Assembly: GCA_902570695.1 (NCBI GenBank)
Contig: CACFZE010000007.1
Span: forward strand, 11,912-75,911
Direction of reading: 5' to 3'
From: an uncultured Pelagibacteraceae bacterium
GTDB taxonomy: Bacteria > Pseudomonadota > Alphaproteobacteria > Pelagibacterales > Pelagibacteraceae
Length of the DNA: 64,000 nt
How positions within the stretch are numbered: the first letter of the stretch is position 1; the number at the start of each line of letters is the position of its first letter. Below are positions 1 through 9,989 of the stretch, one piece after another. Position numbers and translations under genes: made by a program. The notes beneath the pieces are model-generated. The model had not been told where the DNA came from, did not search any database, and saw nothing but the letters and a program-made list of their open reading frames with translations.

Positions 1-337
1 TGATAACGAACAGTTTAATAGATTATTTTTTAATTTGATTAAAAATTCTATTGAAAGTATTCAAGAGAAAGCTAAAAAAACCAATAAATCATTGAAAAAT
101 ATTGATATAGAAATAAATCAAAGAAGAGACTATATAACAATCAACTTAATTGATACAGGTGAAGGTTTTAAAAATAAAAAAACCAAGGATATTATTAAAC
201 CATATTATACAACTAAAGAAAAAGGTACTGGATTAGGATTATCAATAGCAGATAAAATAATTAATGACCATAATGGATCAGTTAAATTCTTAAACACAAA
301 TAATGGAGCTAAAGTTCAGATAATACTTCCTAAGTAA
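1..337 (+). CDS. ntrY: Sensor histidine kinase NtrY, C-terminal HATPase fragment (5' truncated by window)
   Basis: Frame open from base 2; N, G1, F and G2 boxes (NLIKNSIES, DTGEG, PYYTTK, GTGLGLSI); directly upstream of ntrX. Confidence 0.8.
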   Translation, partial: DNEQFNRLFFNLIKNSIESIQEKAKKTNKSLKNIDIEINQRRDYITINLIDTGEGFKNKKTKDIIKPYYTTKEKGTGLGLSIADKIINDHNGSVKFLNTNNGAKVQIILPK

Positions 338-340
338 TTC

Positions 341-1696
341 ATGGCAACAGAAATATTAATTATTGATGATAATGCGGATATTAGAAATATTCTTGATGAG
401 TTAATACAAGATGCTGGCTATAAGACAAGATTGGCGGCAAATTTTAATCAAGGACTTTCAGAAATAGACAAAAAATTACCAGATGTTGCAATTATCGATG
501 TAAAATTAGATAAAGGAGATAACGATGGTATTCAATTGCTTGAACATATCAAAACTAAAAATACCGATATTCCAGTCATTATAATTTCAGGACATGCAAA
601 TATTGAAATGGCTATAAATTCCCTAAGATCTGGAGCCTTTGAATTTATTCAAAAACCCTTTGATAAAGAAAGATTATTAAATTTTGTTAAAAGAGCCGTT
701 GAAAATTTAAATTTAAAAAAAGAGAATAAATCTCTATCAAATAAGTTATTCCATTCTTTTGAAATTATCGGCAAAAGTACAAATATTACCTCCATCAAAG
801 AACAGATACAAAAACTTTCACAATCTGAAAGTAGAGTTTTTATAAGTGGACCAACTGGATCTGGGAAAGAGTTGATTTCAAGAAAAATTTACAAAAACTC
901 TAAACGTTCAAAAGGACCATTTATAATTATTAATGGTGCTCTGTTAGACTCAAAAAAATATGAGTTAGAACTTTTTGGGGAAGAAAGAAAAGACGGCTCA
1001 ATTGTATATGGAGCTCTGGAAAAAGCATCCGGGGGAGTTTTGCTAATTGACGAAGTGACAGAAATTCCATTAGAGACGCAATCAAAAATTTTAAGAGTAG
1101 TAATAGATCAAAAGTTCAAGAGAATTAATAGTAATCATGATATAAAAGTTGATGTAAGAATTATTTGTGCTTCTAGTAAAAATATTAATAATGAAATAAA
1201 AAATGGAAATTTTCGTGAAGACTTATTTCATAGATTAAATGTATTTAATATTAAAATCGAACCGTTAAATAAAAGAATAGAAGACATACCATTGCTAGTT
1301 GAATATTTTATAGAAAATATTTGCAACACTTATAATTATAAAAAATTTAAAATTAAAGATGATAACTATCTATTGAATTATGATTGGCCAGGAAATGTTA
1401 GGGAATTACGTAATCTTATTGAGAGAATTGCAATTCTTTCACCAGGAAATGATGAGGAAAAAATACTCAATATTATTAAAGAATCTTTATCCAAATCCTC
1501 AAACGAAAATTTCTCAGTTGCTGAAAATATGTCTATACCATTAAGAGAAGCAAGAGAAAACTTTGAGAAAGAATATTTAATTTCCCAAATAAAAAAATTT
1601 GGAGGAAATATATCTAAAACTGCAAAATTTGTAGGTATGGAAAGATCTGCTCTTCATAGAAAATTAAAATTGTTAGGTGTTAAGGATCTTAATTAA
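341..1696 (+). CDS. ntrX: Nitrogen-assimilation response regulator NtrX (REC-AAA+-Fis HTH)
   Basis: Receiver domain, Walker A GPTGSGKE, WPGNVRELRN, C-terminal HTH; no GAFTGA loop, as typical of NtrX; ntrY-ntrX-trkA synteny. Confidence 0.9.
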   Translation: MATEILIIDDNADIRNILDELIQDAGYKTRLAANFNQGLSEIDKKLPDVAIIDVKLDKGDNDGIQLLEHIKTKNTDIPVIIISGHANIEMAINSLRSGAFEFIQKPFDKERLLNFVKRAVENLNLKKENKSLSNKLFHSFEIIGKSTNITSIKEQIQKLSQSESRVFISGPTGSGKELISRKIYKNSKRSKGPFIIINGALLDSKKYELELFGEERKDGSIVYGALEKASGGVLLIDEVTEIPLETQSKILRVVIDQKFKRINSNHDIKVDVRIICASSKNINNEIKNGNFREDLFHRLNVFNIKIEPLNKRIEDIPLLVEYFIENICNTYNYKKFKIKDDNYLLNYDWPGNVRELRNLIERIAILSPGNDEEKILNIIKESLSKSSNENFSVAENMSIPLREARENFEKEYLISQIKKFGGNISKTAKFVGMERSALHRKLKLLGVKDLN

Positions 1697-3069
1697 TGAA
1701 TATAATAATTTGTGGTGCTGGTAGAGTAGGTTTTACTATATCTAAACTGCTAACCGAGCAAAATCATTCTATAACTGTTATAGACCAATCAAGTGAGGAT
1801 ATTCAAAAAATCAATGAGTCTCTTGATGTAAAAGCAATTGTAGGTAAAGCAACTTCTCCTGAAATTTTAGACAGGGCCAATACAGCAGAAGCCGATATGT
1901 TAATAGCTGTAACAAGAAATGACGAAATAAATATGCTTATTTGTCAAATAGCATATTCATTGTTTAAAGTACCAAAAAAAATTGCAAGGATCAGATCTCA
2001 AGAATATTTAGATCCAAAATTTTCTAAATTATTTAACAAAGAAAATTTACCAATAGATTATGTTATTTCTCCAGAGCTAGAAATTGCTAAATCTCTTCAA
2101 AGAAAGCTAGAGGCACCAGGAGCTTTAGATAATGTACCTTTTGCAGAAAATAAACTTAGATTATTAGAAATTCTAATTGATGAAAAATGCCCAATACATG
2201 AAACTAAATTAAAAGAACTAACAAATAAATTTCCAAATCTAAATGCATATATATTAGGAGTTATTAGAGAAGAAAGTTTTAAAATATTAAAGAAGGACGA
2301 TAAACTTCAACATAACGACAAAGCTTATGTCATTGTTAACTCAAATCAAATGGAAGAGACTCTTAAAGTCTTTGGACATAATGAAAAAATTGCAAATAAG
2401 ATACTTATTATTGGTGGTGGTAATATTGGATTTAATCTTGCTTCAAACATAGAAAATAACTTTGAAGAAGCCAGAGTAAAAATTATTGAGAAAGATAAAA
2501 ATAGAGCCGAATATATTGCAAATTATTTGAATGATACAATTGTTATAAATGGAAATGGTTTAGATGAAGATGTATTGAATGAAGCTAATTTAGATGAAGT
2601 TGAAACTGTATTAGCTTTAACAAATGACGATGAAGACAATCTTATGGTAAGTGTTCTTGTTGAGAAATTCTCAAAAAATAAAAGAACTATGGCATTAGTT
2701 AATAAACCCAATTATTCACTTTTACAATCATCTTTAAAAATTGATGATTTAATTGATCCTAGAATGAGTACAGTTTCAAGTATATTGAAACATGTTCATA
2801 AAGGTACAATTGAGAATGCTTACACAATCTTAAACGGTGAATACGAAGTTATTGAAGCTGATATTTTAGAGTCGTCAGAATTAGTAAACAAAGAGTTAAA
2901 AAATGCAGATTTACCAGATGAAATTCGTGTGGGTGCAATTTTAAGAGAGAATAAGTTTATACTTCCTTCATCTAAATATATCTTTCAGAAAGATGATACG
3001 GTTGTATTGCTAGCTAAAAGAGACCAATTACCTTTGGTAGAAAATTTATTTAGAATTAGCTCTATTTAA
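1696..3069 (+). CDS. trkA: Trk potassium uptake gating subunit TrkA
   Basis: Two Rossmann RCK motifs (GAGRVG, GGGNIG), 457 aa. Confidence 0.95.
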   Translation: MNIIICGAGRVGFTISKLLTEQNHSITVIDQSSEDIQKINESLDVKAIVGKATSPEILDRANTAEADMLIAVTRNDEINMLICQIAYSLFKVPKKIARIRSQEYLDPKFSKLFNKENLPIDYVISPELEIAKSLQRKLEAPGALDNVPFAENKLRLLEILIDEKCPIHETKLKELTNKFPNLNAYILGVIREESFKILKKDDKLQHNDKAYVIVNSNQMEETLKVFGHNEKIANKILIIGGGNIGFNLASNIENNFEEARVKIIEKDKNRAEYIANYLNDTIVINGNGLDEDVLNEANLDEVETVLALTNDDEDNLMVSVLVEKFSKNKRTMALVNKPNYSLLQSSLKIDDLIDPRMSTVSSILKHVHKGTIENAYTILNGEYEVIEADILESSELVNKELKNADLPDEIRVGAILRENKFILPSSKYIFQKDDTVVLLAKRDQLPLVENLFRISSI

Positions 3070-3072
3070 TAA

Positions 3073-4482
3073 ATGTATATTTTTAGCCTAAAATATTTTG
3101 GCATTTTTTTTCTTATTATAAGTTTTTTCTCATTTTTTAATATTATTTATTCTTATTATTTAAATCTTTTAAATAATCTTAGCAGTTATATAATTACGTT
3201 TTCTATATCTCTGATAATTGGACTTTTTCTTATTGTATTTAAAAAATACAAATATGAGAAAATTAACTTGTTTGAAAGAATACTAATTGTTTTAGCTGGT
3301 TATTTAATTCTACCTGCTGCAATATCTTTTCCTTATTACTTTAATATAGATAATTTAGGTTTAATTAACTATTATTTTGAGGCCATTTCTGGTTTTACTT
3401 CTACAGGTTTTACAATTTTTAATGATTTGAATAAATTAGATCAAACATTAATTTTATGGAGATCTAGCTCTCAATGGATTGGTGGTTTATATTTTTTATT
3501 TTCAATATTATTAATCATAGATATATTTGATGAAAATTTAAAAAGATCTTTAACAAATTATATATCGTTAAATTCTTCAGAAATATTTAAACAAGTATTT
3601 AAAATAATAGTTATCTACTTATCTATGACAATTTTAATATTTTTAATGTTAAAATTAGTTAATTTAAGATCTTATGATGCTTATAACTATTCTCTTACAA
3701 TAATATCTTCCGGTGGATTTTTGCCTAATAATAATTTTGACACTACATTTGCTACAGATATAAGTAAAATCATTCTATCAATATCGATGTTGTTTTCTTT
3801 TTTTAGTCTTTTTTTCATTTTTAATTTAATTTTTTTCAAGAAAAAAAATATTAATTATTTAAGTGAGGATATTAATATCCTAATTTATCTTTTAATTGTA
3901 ATTGTATTGTCGTTTATTTTTTTTAATTATAATAATAATTTTTTAAATGTACTAGTTTCTATTTCAAGCAGTGTTTCAAATATAGGAATTTCTTTTGAAC
4001 AAGTACCTAAAAATCTTGTTTTTGTTTTTCTTATACTTGTAATTCTTGGTGGTTCTTTTTTTTCAACAAGCTCTGGTTTAAGAGTAATAAAAGTTTTAAC
4101 TTTAATTAAATTTTCTTTAAATAATTTATTATCTCATTCAAAACCAAATCAAATTTATTCAAATAAATTATCATTAAATAAAATTAGTGCTAATATTAAT
4201 GATATTAATAAATATTTCTTTGCAATAATCATTTTTATATTTTCTTTATTCCTGATAACAATATTGTTAACTGTTTCTAACTTAGATTTCGAAGAATCTT
4301 TTAAATTAGGCATTTTAACTTTAATGAATACTGTTAATTCTGAAATGTATAATCTAGCAAACATTGATTTTTACAATTTTAATATATTCAGTAAAATTTC
4401 ATTAATTATTTTTATGATTATTGGAAGAATTGAACTATTATCTGTGATTATTTTATTGAAAAAATTTCTTTTCAAAAATTAA
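3073..4482 (+). CDS. trkH: Trk potassium uptake membrane subunit TrkH (divergent)
   Basis: Polytopic membrane protein after trkA; pore loops SGFTSTGFT and SSGGF; WRSSSQWIGG and MIIGRIE motifs. Confidence 0.8.
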   Translation: MYIFSLKYFGIFFLIISFFSFFNIIYSYYLNLLNNLSSYIITFSISLIIGLFLIVFKKYKYEKINLFERILIVLAGYLILPAAISFPYYFNIDNLGLINYYFEAISGFTSTGFTIFNDLNKLDQTLILWRSSSQWIGGLYFLFSILLIIDIFDENLKRSLTNYISLNSSEIFKQVFKIIVIYLSMTILIFLMLKLVNLRSYDAYNYSLTIISSGGFLPNNNFDTTFATDISKIILSISMLFSFFSLFFIFNLIFFKKKNINYLSEDINILIYLLIVIVLSFIFFNYNNNFLNVLVSISSSVSNIGISFEQVPKNLVFVFLILVILGGSFFSTSSGLRVIKVLTLIKFSLNNLLSHSKPNQIYSNKLSLNKISANINDINKYFFAIIIFIFSLFLITILLTVSNLDFEESFKLGILTLMNTVNSEMYNLANIDFYNFNIFSKISLIIFMIIGRIELLSVIILLKKFLFKN

Positions 4483-4506
4483 ATTAGTATTATAAATCAT
4501 TACTGT

Positions 4507-4583
4507 GCGCTCTTAGCTCAGCTGGATAGAGCAACGGTTTTCTAAACCGTAGGTCGAAGGTTCGAATCCTTCAGAGCGCGCCA
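4507..4583 (+). tRNA. tRNA-Arg (TCT)
   Basis: Acceptor GCGCTCT/AGAGCGC, anticodon arm ACGGT-TTTCTAA-ACCGT, GTTCGAATC T-loop, encoded CCA. Confidence 0.97.
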
Positions 4584-4655
4584 AATTCAAATAAAGCATA
4601 AATTTTGCGACTAATTTAATATTGATGAGTTTCATTGTTTCTGCTTTACTTAGAA

Positions 4656-4693
4656 AATTCAAAAATAAATTTGAATTATTTGTTAACAAATAA
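4656..4693. promoter_or_regulatory. Two adjacent inverted repeats upstream of aapJ (candidate operators)
   Basis: AATTCAAA-N6-TTTGAATT (4656-4677) and perfect 18-bp palindrome TTATTTGTTAACAAATAA (4676-4693). Confidence 0.35.
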
Positions 4694-4713
4694 ATAAACA
4701 AGAGGAATAAATA

Positions 4714-5754
4714 ATGTTTAAATTAGTAAAACGATTGACTTCAGTTGTTGCTATGTTTGCTGTTCTATTTACTTTTACAACAGAAACTATGGCTGCAAAA
4801 AAGTCAAAAACTCTTAAAAACACTCAGAAAAAAGGATTTGTGAGATGTGGTGTTTCACAAGGTCTACCAGGATTTTCTAATGCTGATGCTGCAGGAAACT
4901 GGACTGGTGTTGACGTTGATGTATGTAGAGCAGTAGCTGCTGCAGTACTAGGTGATGCAAGTAAAGTTAAATTTACTCCACTAAGTGCAAAAGAAAGATT
5001 TGAAGCTTTGAAATCTAATGAAATAGATGTGTTATCAAGAAACACAACTTGGACAGCTACTAGAGATGCAAAAATTGGACTTACGTTTGTAGGTGTTAAT
5101 TTTTATGACGGTCAAGGTTTTATGGTTAGAAAAAATTCAGGAATTTCATCAGTAAATGATTTCAAAGCTGGTGTTTCTGCATGTACTAACCTTGGAACAA
5201 CGACAGAGCTTAATATGAGAGATTTCTTTAACTCAAAAGGAATTAAATATGAGCCAGTCACTTTTGAAAAAGCTGACGAAGTTGTAGCTGCATACGATGC
5301 TGGTAGATGTGATACTTATACTACAGATAAATCTGGATTAGCTGCACAAAGAATAAAACTAAGTAATCCTGATGATCATGTTGTATTACCTGAAACTATT
5401 TCAAAAGAGCCATTAGGCCCAGTTGTTAGACAAGGTGATGCTGTTTGGGAAGATATCGTGAGATGGTCCTTAAACGTGATGATTGAAGCTGAAGAGTATG
5501 GAGTAACATCTGCAAATGCTGATATGATGAAAACTTCTGATAACCCAGCAGTTAAAAGATTAGTAGGTGCTGAAGGTGAGTTAGGAGCTGCCTTAGGTTT
5601 AGATCAAGAATGGAGTCTAAGAATAATTAAGCAAGTTGGTAACTACGGTGAAAGCTATAAAAGAAATATAGCTGATACTGGAATTCTACCTGATAGAGGT
5701 CCAAATGAGTTATGGACAAAAGGCGGAATACTTTACGTACCACCAGCAAGATAA
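4714..5754 (+). CDS. aapJ: General L-amino-acid ABC transporter substrate-binding protein (AapJ/BztA/YhdW)
   Basis: Signal peptide; CGVSQGLPGFS, DVDVCRAVAAA, ISKEPLGP motifs; RBS AGAGGA. Confidence 0.92.
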   Translation: MFKLVKRLTSVVAMFAVLFTFTTETMAAKKSKTLKNTQKKGFVRCGVSQGLPGFSNADAAGNWTGVDVDVCRAVAAAVLGDASKVKFTPLSAKERFEALKSNEIDVLSRNTTWTATRDAKIGLTFVGVNFYDGQGFMVRKNSGISSVNDFKAGVSACTNLGTTTELNMRDFFNSKGIKYEPVTFEKADEVVAAYDAGRCDTYTTDKSGLAAQRIKLSNPDDHVVLPETISKEPLGPVVRQGDAVWEDIVRWSLNVMIEAEEYGVTSANADMMKTSDNPAVKRLVGAEGELGAALGLDQEWSLRIIKQVGNYGESYKRNIADTGILPDRGPNELWTKGGILYVPPAR

Positions 5755-5777
5755 TTCTTCGTTAAAAGAACATAAAG

Positions 5778-5806
5778 AGGGCTAGATTTTTCTAGCCCTT
5801 TTTTTT
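5778..5806 (+). terminator. Intrinsic terminator/stabilising hairpin after aapJ
   Basis: AGGGCTAGA-TTTT-TCTAGCCCT followed by a T run. Confidence 0.8.
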
Positions 5807-5821
5807 ATAACCATACTAACA

Positions 5822-6967
5822 GTGAATTTTAAAAAAATATTACCCCAGTTACTTACATTAGCAGTCGTTATTCTAGTCTTTGGTTTCTTTTCATATAACG
5901 CTCAAGTAAATATGGAAAATAGAGGACTTGAATTTGGTTTTGGTTTTTTAACATATGAAGCTTCTTTTGATATTCAATTTTCCTTAATTGAATATGATGG
6001 TTCACACTCTTATTTTAGAGCTTATCTTGTTGGATTATTAAACACAATATTAGTATCGGTTATTGGAATTATATTTGCGACTATACTTGGTGTAACTGTA
6101 GGTATAGCAAGATTATCTAGGAATTATTTAATTGAGCGAACGGCAGCTGTTTATGTGGAGTTTTTTAGAAATATTCCTTTGTTACTACAAATATTTTTTT
6201 GGTATTTTGCTGCATTAAGAGCTTTGCCATTACCTGAAAAAGCAGAACCTATGTTTGGCGTTTTCTTCTTAACAATAAAAGGTTTTTTTATTCCTGCATT
6301 TGTTTGGAATAATCTAGATATTTTTATTTATTCAGTAATCGCAGCAATCATCTCAATAGTTTTTGTTAGATTATACGCAAAAAAAAAGCAGGAAAATCAA
6401 GGTATTCAAACACCAGTTTTATCAATATCTATTGGTCTTTTAATTATTTTGCCATTGTTAAGTTTTTTTCTAGGTGGAGTAGATGCATCTGTTGAAATAC
6501 CAGTTATTGAACAATTATCACAAACATCTTTTACTTATAAGGGTGGACTTAAATTGCCACCTGAATTAATTGCATTAGCACTAGCTTTATCATTATATAC
6601 AGCAACTTTTATAGCTGAAAATGTAAGAGCTGGCGTTCAAGGTGTTAGTAAAGGCCAGAAAGAGGCTGCTGCTTCAATTGGCTTGACTCCTAATCAAGTT
6701 CTAAAATTAGTAGTTATGCCACAAGCATTGAGGATTATAATTCCTCCAACAACTAATCAATATTTAAATTTAACAAAAAATTCTTCACTTGCTGCAGCTA
6801 TTGCTTACCCAGATTTAGTTTTAGTTTTTGCTGGAACTGCTTTAATGCAAACAGGTAGTGCTATCGAAATTGTTTCTATCACAATGTTAACTTATTTAAC
6901 TTTAAGCATAACAATCTCAATATTTATGAATTGGTATAATAAAAAAATAGCTATTAAAGAAAAATAA
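5822..6967 (+). CDS. aapQ: Amino-acid ABC transporter permease AapQ/YhdX
   Basis: GTG start; GLLNT, FRNIPLLLQ, EAA loop and NLTKNSSLA motifs. Confidence 0.9.
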   Translation: MNFKKILPQLLTLAVVILVFGFFSYNAQVNMENRGLEFGFGFLTYEASFDIQFSLIEYDGSHSYFRAYLVGLLNTILVSVIGIIFATILGVTVGIARLSRNYLIERTAAVYVEFFRNIPLLLQIFFWYFAALRALPLPEKAEPMFGVFFLTIKGFFIPAFVWNNLDIFIYSVIAAIISIVFVRLYAKKKQENQGIQTPVLSISIGLLIILPLLSFFLGGVDASVEIPVIEQLSQTSFTYKGGLKLPPELIALALALSLYTATFIAENVRAGVQGVSKGQKEAAASIGLTPNQVLKLVVMPQALRIIIPPTTNQYLNLTKNSSLAAAIAYPDLVLVFAGTALMQTGSAIEIVSITMLTYLTLSITISIFMNWYNKKIAIKEK

Positions 6968-8409
6968 TGAACAAATTAAATTTTTTATCACCAGACAAAA
7001 ATAATCTTTATGCATACTTGTATTTAGGCATCAGTTTATTTTCTTTTAGTATTTTAATTGTATTCTTGAATTCTTTCTTCAATTTAGATTTGACTAGCTT
7101 TCTACCAGGAACAATAAGTTATTTTTTGCCCCTAATAGTAGGTTTTATTGGTTTGCATTTAATTAGAATTGAATATTCAGGAATTAAATTTTTAGACATA
7201 ATTAACAAAAATATTAATACAAATAAATTTAACGCACTTTTATCCCTATTAATTATTTTTCTAATTATCAAATCTGCTCCACCGCTTTTAAGTTGGTTTA
7301 TAATTGATGCAAATTTTGCTGGCGATTCAAAAGATGCATGTTCTGGATCCGGAGCATGTTGGGCTTATATAAAAACTTGGTTTAATAGATTTATGTATGG
7401 AATGTATCCAAATGATGAACAATGGAGAATAAATTTATCATTTATTTCTCTTGCTTTTCTTGGAGGTATTGGTTTTTTTGCACCAGAACAATTAAAAAAA
7501 TATCTAACATTATATTATGTTGTTATTTATCCAATAATTGCATTTTTATTTATATTCTTTTTTATTTCTGGTGGGCCAATATTTTTTGATTTTTCATATG
7601 GAATTATTGCAGCAGTGATCTCTATTGTAATAGGTTTCTTTATCCCATCGAAATTTAAAATGTATTATTTTTTAATAATACCGATCACAATTTATATATT
7701 ATTAAAGTATGTGTTTTTTTACGAAGAACTTATTGAATTAGGAAAGATTCAAGCATTTGAATGGGTTGAAACTGGAGCTTGGGGTGGTTTATCATTAACT
7801 TTTATAGTTTCATTTTTCTGTTTAATATTCTGTTTTCCAGTTGGATTATTTTTATCTTTAGGGAGAAGATCTGATCTACCTTTAATTAAATATATTTCTA
7901 TAGGATTTATTGAATTTTGGAGAGGCGTTCCTTTAATAACAGTTTTATTTATGTCGTCTGTTATGTTTCCAATGTTTCTACCAGAGGACATGTTTATTGA
8001 TAAACTTGTAAGGGTTATAATTGCAATATCACTATTTGAAGCTGCCTATGTAGCTGAAGTAATTAGAGGTGGACTACAGGCTTTACCAAGAGGCCAATAT
8101 GATGCTGCAAAATCTTTAGGAATGGGTTACTGGAAAATGCATATTCTTGTTATTTTACCACAAGCTCTTAAATTAGTCATACCAGGTATAGCAAATACAT
8201 TCTTAGCTCTTGTCAAAGATACACCTTTAATATTTGTTGTAGGTCTTCTGGAGATTGTAGGAATGCTTAATTTAGCAAAAACAAATCCTGAATGGTTAGG
8301 TTTTGCAATGGAAGGGTATGTGTTTGCATCAATAGTATTTTTTATTATTTGCTATGCAATGAGTAAATATAGTTATAATTTAGAACAAAAATATAAAACT
8401 GAGAGATAA
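6967..8409 (+). CDS. aapM: Amino-acid ABC transporter permease AapM/YhdY (long form, 480 aa)
   Basis: [30 protein letters not shown] motifs. Confidence 0.88.
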   Translation: MNKLNFLSPDKNNLYAYLYLGISLFSFSILIVFLNSFFNLDLTSFLPGTISYFLPLIVGFIGLHLIRIEYSGIKFLDIINKNINTNKFNALLSLLIIFLIIKSAPPLLSWFIIDANFAGDSKDACSGSGACWAYIKTWFNRFMYGMYPNDEQWRINLSFISLAFLGGIGFFAPEQLKKYLTLYYVVIYPIIAFLFIFFFISGGPIFFDFSYGIIAAVISIVIGFFIPSKFKMYYFLIIPITIYILLKYVFFYEELIELGKIQAFEWVETGAWGGLSLTFIVSFFCLIFCFPVGLFLSLGRRSDLPLIKYISIGFIEFWRGVPLITVLFMSSVMFPMFLPEDMFIDKLVRVIIAISLFEAAYVAEVIRGGLQALPRGQYDAAKSLGMGYWKMHILVILPQALKLVIPGIANTFLALVKDTPLIFVVGLLEIVGMLNLAKTNPEWLGFAMEGYVFASIVFFIICYAMSKYSYNLEQKYKTER

Positions 8410-9143
8410 TGTCAGATAAAATAATTCAAATAAAAGAAATGAATAAATGGTTTGGAGATTTCCAAGTCTTAAAAAACATTAATTTAGACGTTGAAAAAAA
8501 CAAAAAAATTGTTGTTTGTGGTCCCTCTGGTTCAGGTAAATCAACATTAATTAGATGTATTAATAGACTTGAAGAACACCAAGAAGGGTCAATTGTCGTT
8601 GATGGCACTGAATTAACCGAAGAGACAAAAAATATAGAACAAATAAGAGCTGAGGTTGGAATGGTATTTCAACAATTTAATTTATTTCCTCATTTATCAA
8701 TATTAGATAATTGCACTCTTGCTCCTATATGGGTAAAAAAAATGCCTAAAAAAGATGCTGAAGCATTAGCTTTAAAACATTTAGAAAAAGTTCAGATTGC
8801 TGATCAAGCATATAAATATCCAGGCCAACTTTCTGGTGGTCAACAACAAAGATGTGCAATAGCCAGAGCGTTATGTATGGAGCCAAAAATAATGCTTTTT
8901 GATGAACCTACATCAGCATTAGATCCTGAAATGATTAAAGAAGTTTTAGATGCAATGGTCAATTTAGCTAAGGCTGGTATGACTATGATTGTTGTAACAC
9001 ACGAAATGGGGTTTGCAAAAGAAGTTGCAGATGAAGTTATTTTTATGGATGAGGGTATGATTGTAGAACAAGCTGAAACTAAAGAGTTTTTTGCCAATCC
9101 AAAAAGCGATAGAACAAAGCTTTTTTTGAGCCAAATATTATAA
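8409..9143 (+). CDS. aapP: Amino-acid ABC transporter ATPase AapP/YhdZ
   Basis: Walker [26 protein letters not shown]. Confidence 0.93.
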   Translation: MSDKIIQIKEMNKWFGDFQVLKNINLDVEKNKKIVVCGPSGSGKSTLIRCINRLEEHQEGSIVVDGTELTEETKNIEQIRAEVGMVFQQFNLFPHLSILDNCTLAPIWVKKMPKKDAEALALKHLEKVQIADQAYKYPGQLSGGQQQRCAIARALCMEPKIMLFDEPTSALDPEMIKEVLDAMVNLAKAGMTMIVVTHEMGFAKEVADEVIFMDEGMIVEQAETKEFFANPKSDRTKLFLSQIL

Positions 9144-9288
9144 AAATTATAACTAAATTGCTAAAAAGACGCTTGACAGGTTTATAAAATCTTAAAAATT
9201 ATTATTCTTTTTAAAATTATTTTACTTGAAATAACTTTTTGATTTCTATTAACTCAACTTATTATTTTTAATTAAAGAGGGGTCTTTG

Positions 9289-9660
9289 ATGGAAGAAAAT
9301 TTCAATAAACATCTAGGTAACAAATTAAAACTTAGACGTTTGGCTTTAGGTTTAACTCAAACTAAAGTTGCAAAAGCGATAAATGTTACATTTCAACAAA
9401 TACAAAAATATGAAAAAGGAACAAATGGTGTAAGTTCGATTAGATTACTACAACTATCTAACTATCTTAAAGTGCCAATAAACTATTTTTTTGAGGATTT
9501 TTCAGAATATTTAATAAATCTAGAAAAATCTAAAGAAGGTCACATGAACGTAAACTATAATTTTTTAGTAAAAGTTTATTCTGAACTTACTCAAGATCAA
9601 AAAATTAAGTTTACTAAAAACATACAGATCAACCAGGTAAATATTTCTAAAACAGGATAA
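9289..9660 (+). CDS. XRE-family helix-turn-helix transcriptional regulator
   Basis: RRLALGLTQTKVAKAINVTFQQIQKYEKGTN is an HTH_3-type motif; RBS GAGGGG 6 nt before ATG 9289. Confidence 0.85.
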   Translation: MEENFNKHLGNKLKLRRLALGLTQTKVAKAINVTFQQIQKYEKGTNGVSSIRLLQLSNYLKVPINYFFEDFSEYLINLEKSKEGHMNVNYNFLVKVYSELTQDQKIKFTKNIQINQVNISKTG

Positions 9661-9671
9661 CTAATTTTAAT

Positions 9672-9747
9672 TGGCTCCTCGGGCAGGACTCGAACCTGCG
9701 ACCAATTGATTAACAGTCAACTGCTCTACCAACTGAGCTACCGAGGA
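9672..9747 (-). tRNA. tRNA-Asn (GTT)
   Basis: Reverse complement TCCTCGG...anticodon GTT...CCGAGGAGCCA. Confidence 0.97.
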
Positions 9748-9800
9748 ATGTAAAATCACAACTTACTTTTTTTTTATATTATCTCAACAAAAATAAATTG

Positions 9801-9874
9801 TGGAGGCAACGCCCGGAATCGAACCGGGATACAAGGATTTGCAATCCTCTGCGTAACCATTCCGCCACGTTGCC
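9801..9874 (-). tRNA. tRNA-Cys (GCA)
   Basis: Reverse complement GGCAACG...GAGGA-TTGCAAA-TCCTT...CGTTGCCTCCA. Confidence 0.97.
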
Positions 9875-9989
9875 ATGAATTAAATATTCAATGAGGACAT
9901 ATATAATTAATTTTATAATTTAGTCTATAAATTTAACGGATAAATTCATTGTTGTTTATTGATATGATTAATTTATAAAATAATTACCC

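Noticed and set aside
341-1696. Missing GAFTGA sigma54-contact loop in NtrX
   Set aside because: Expected property of NtrX proteins, not novel
4513-4701. 62-aa minus ORF
   Set aside because: It is the antisense reading of tRNA-Arg plus AT-rich spacer
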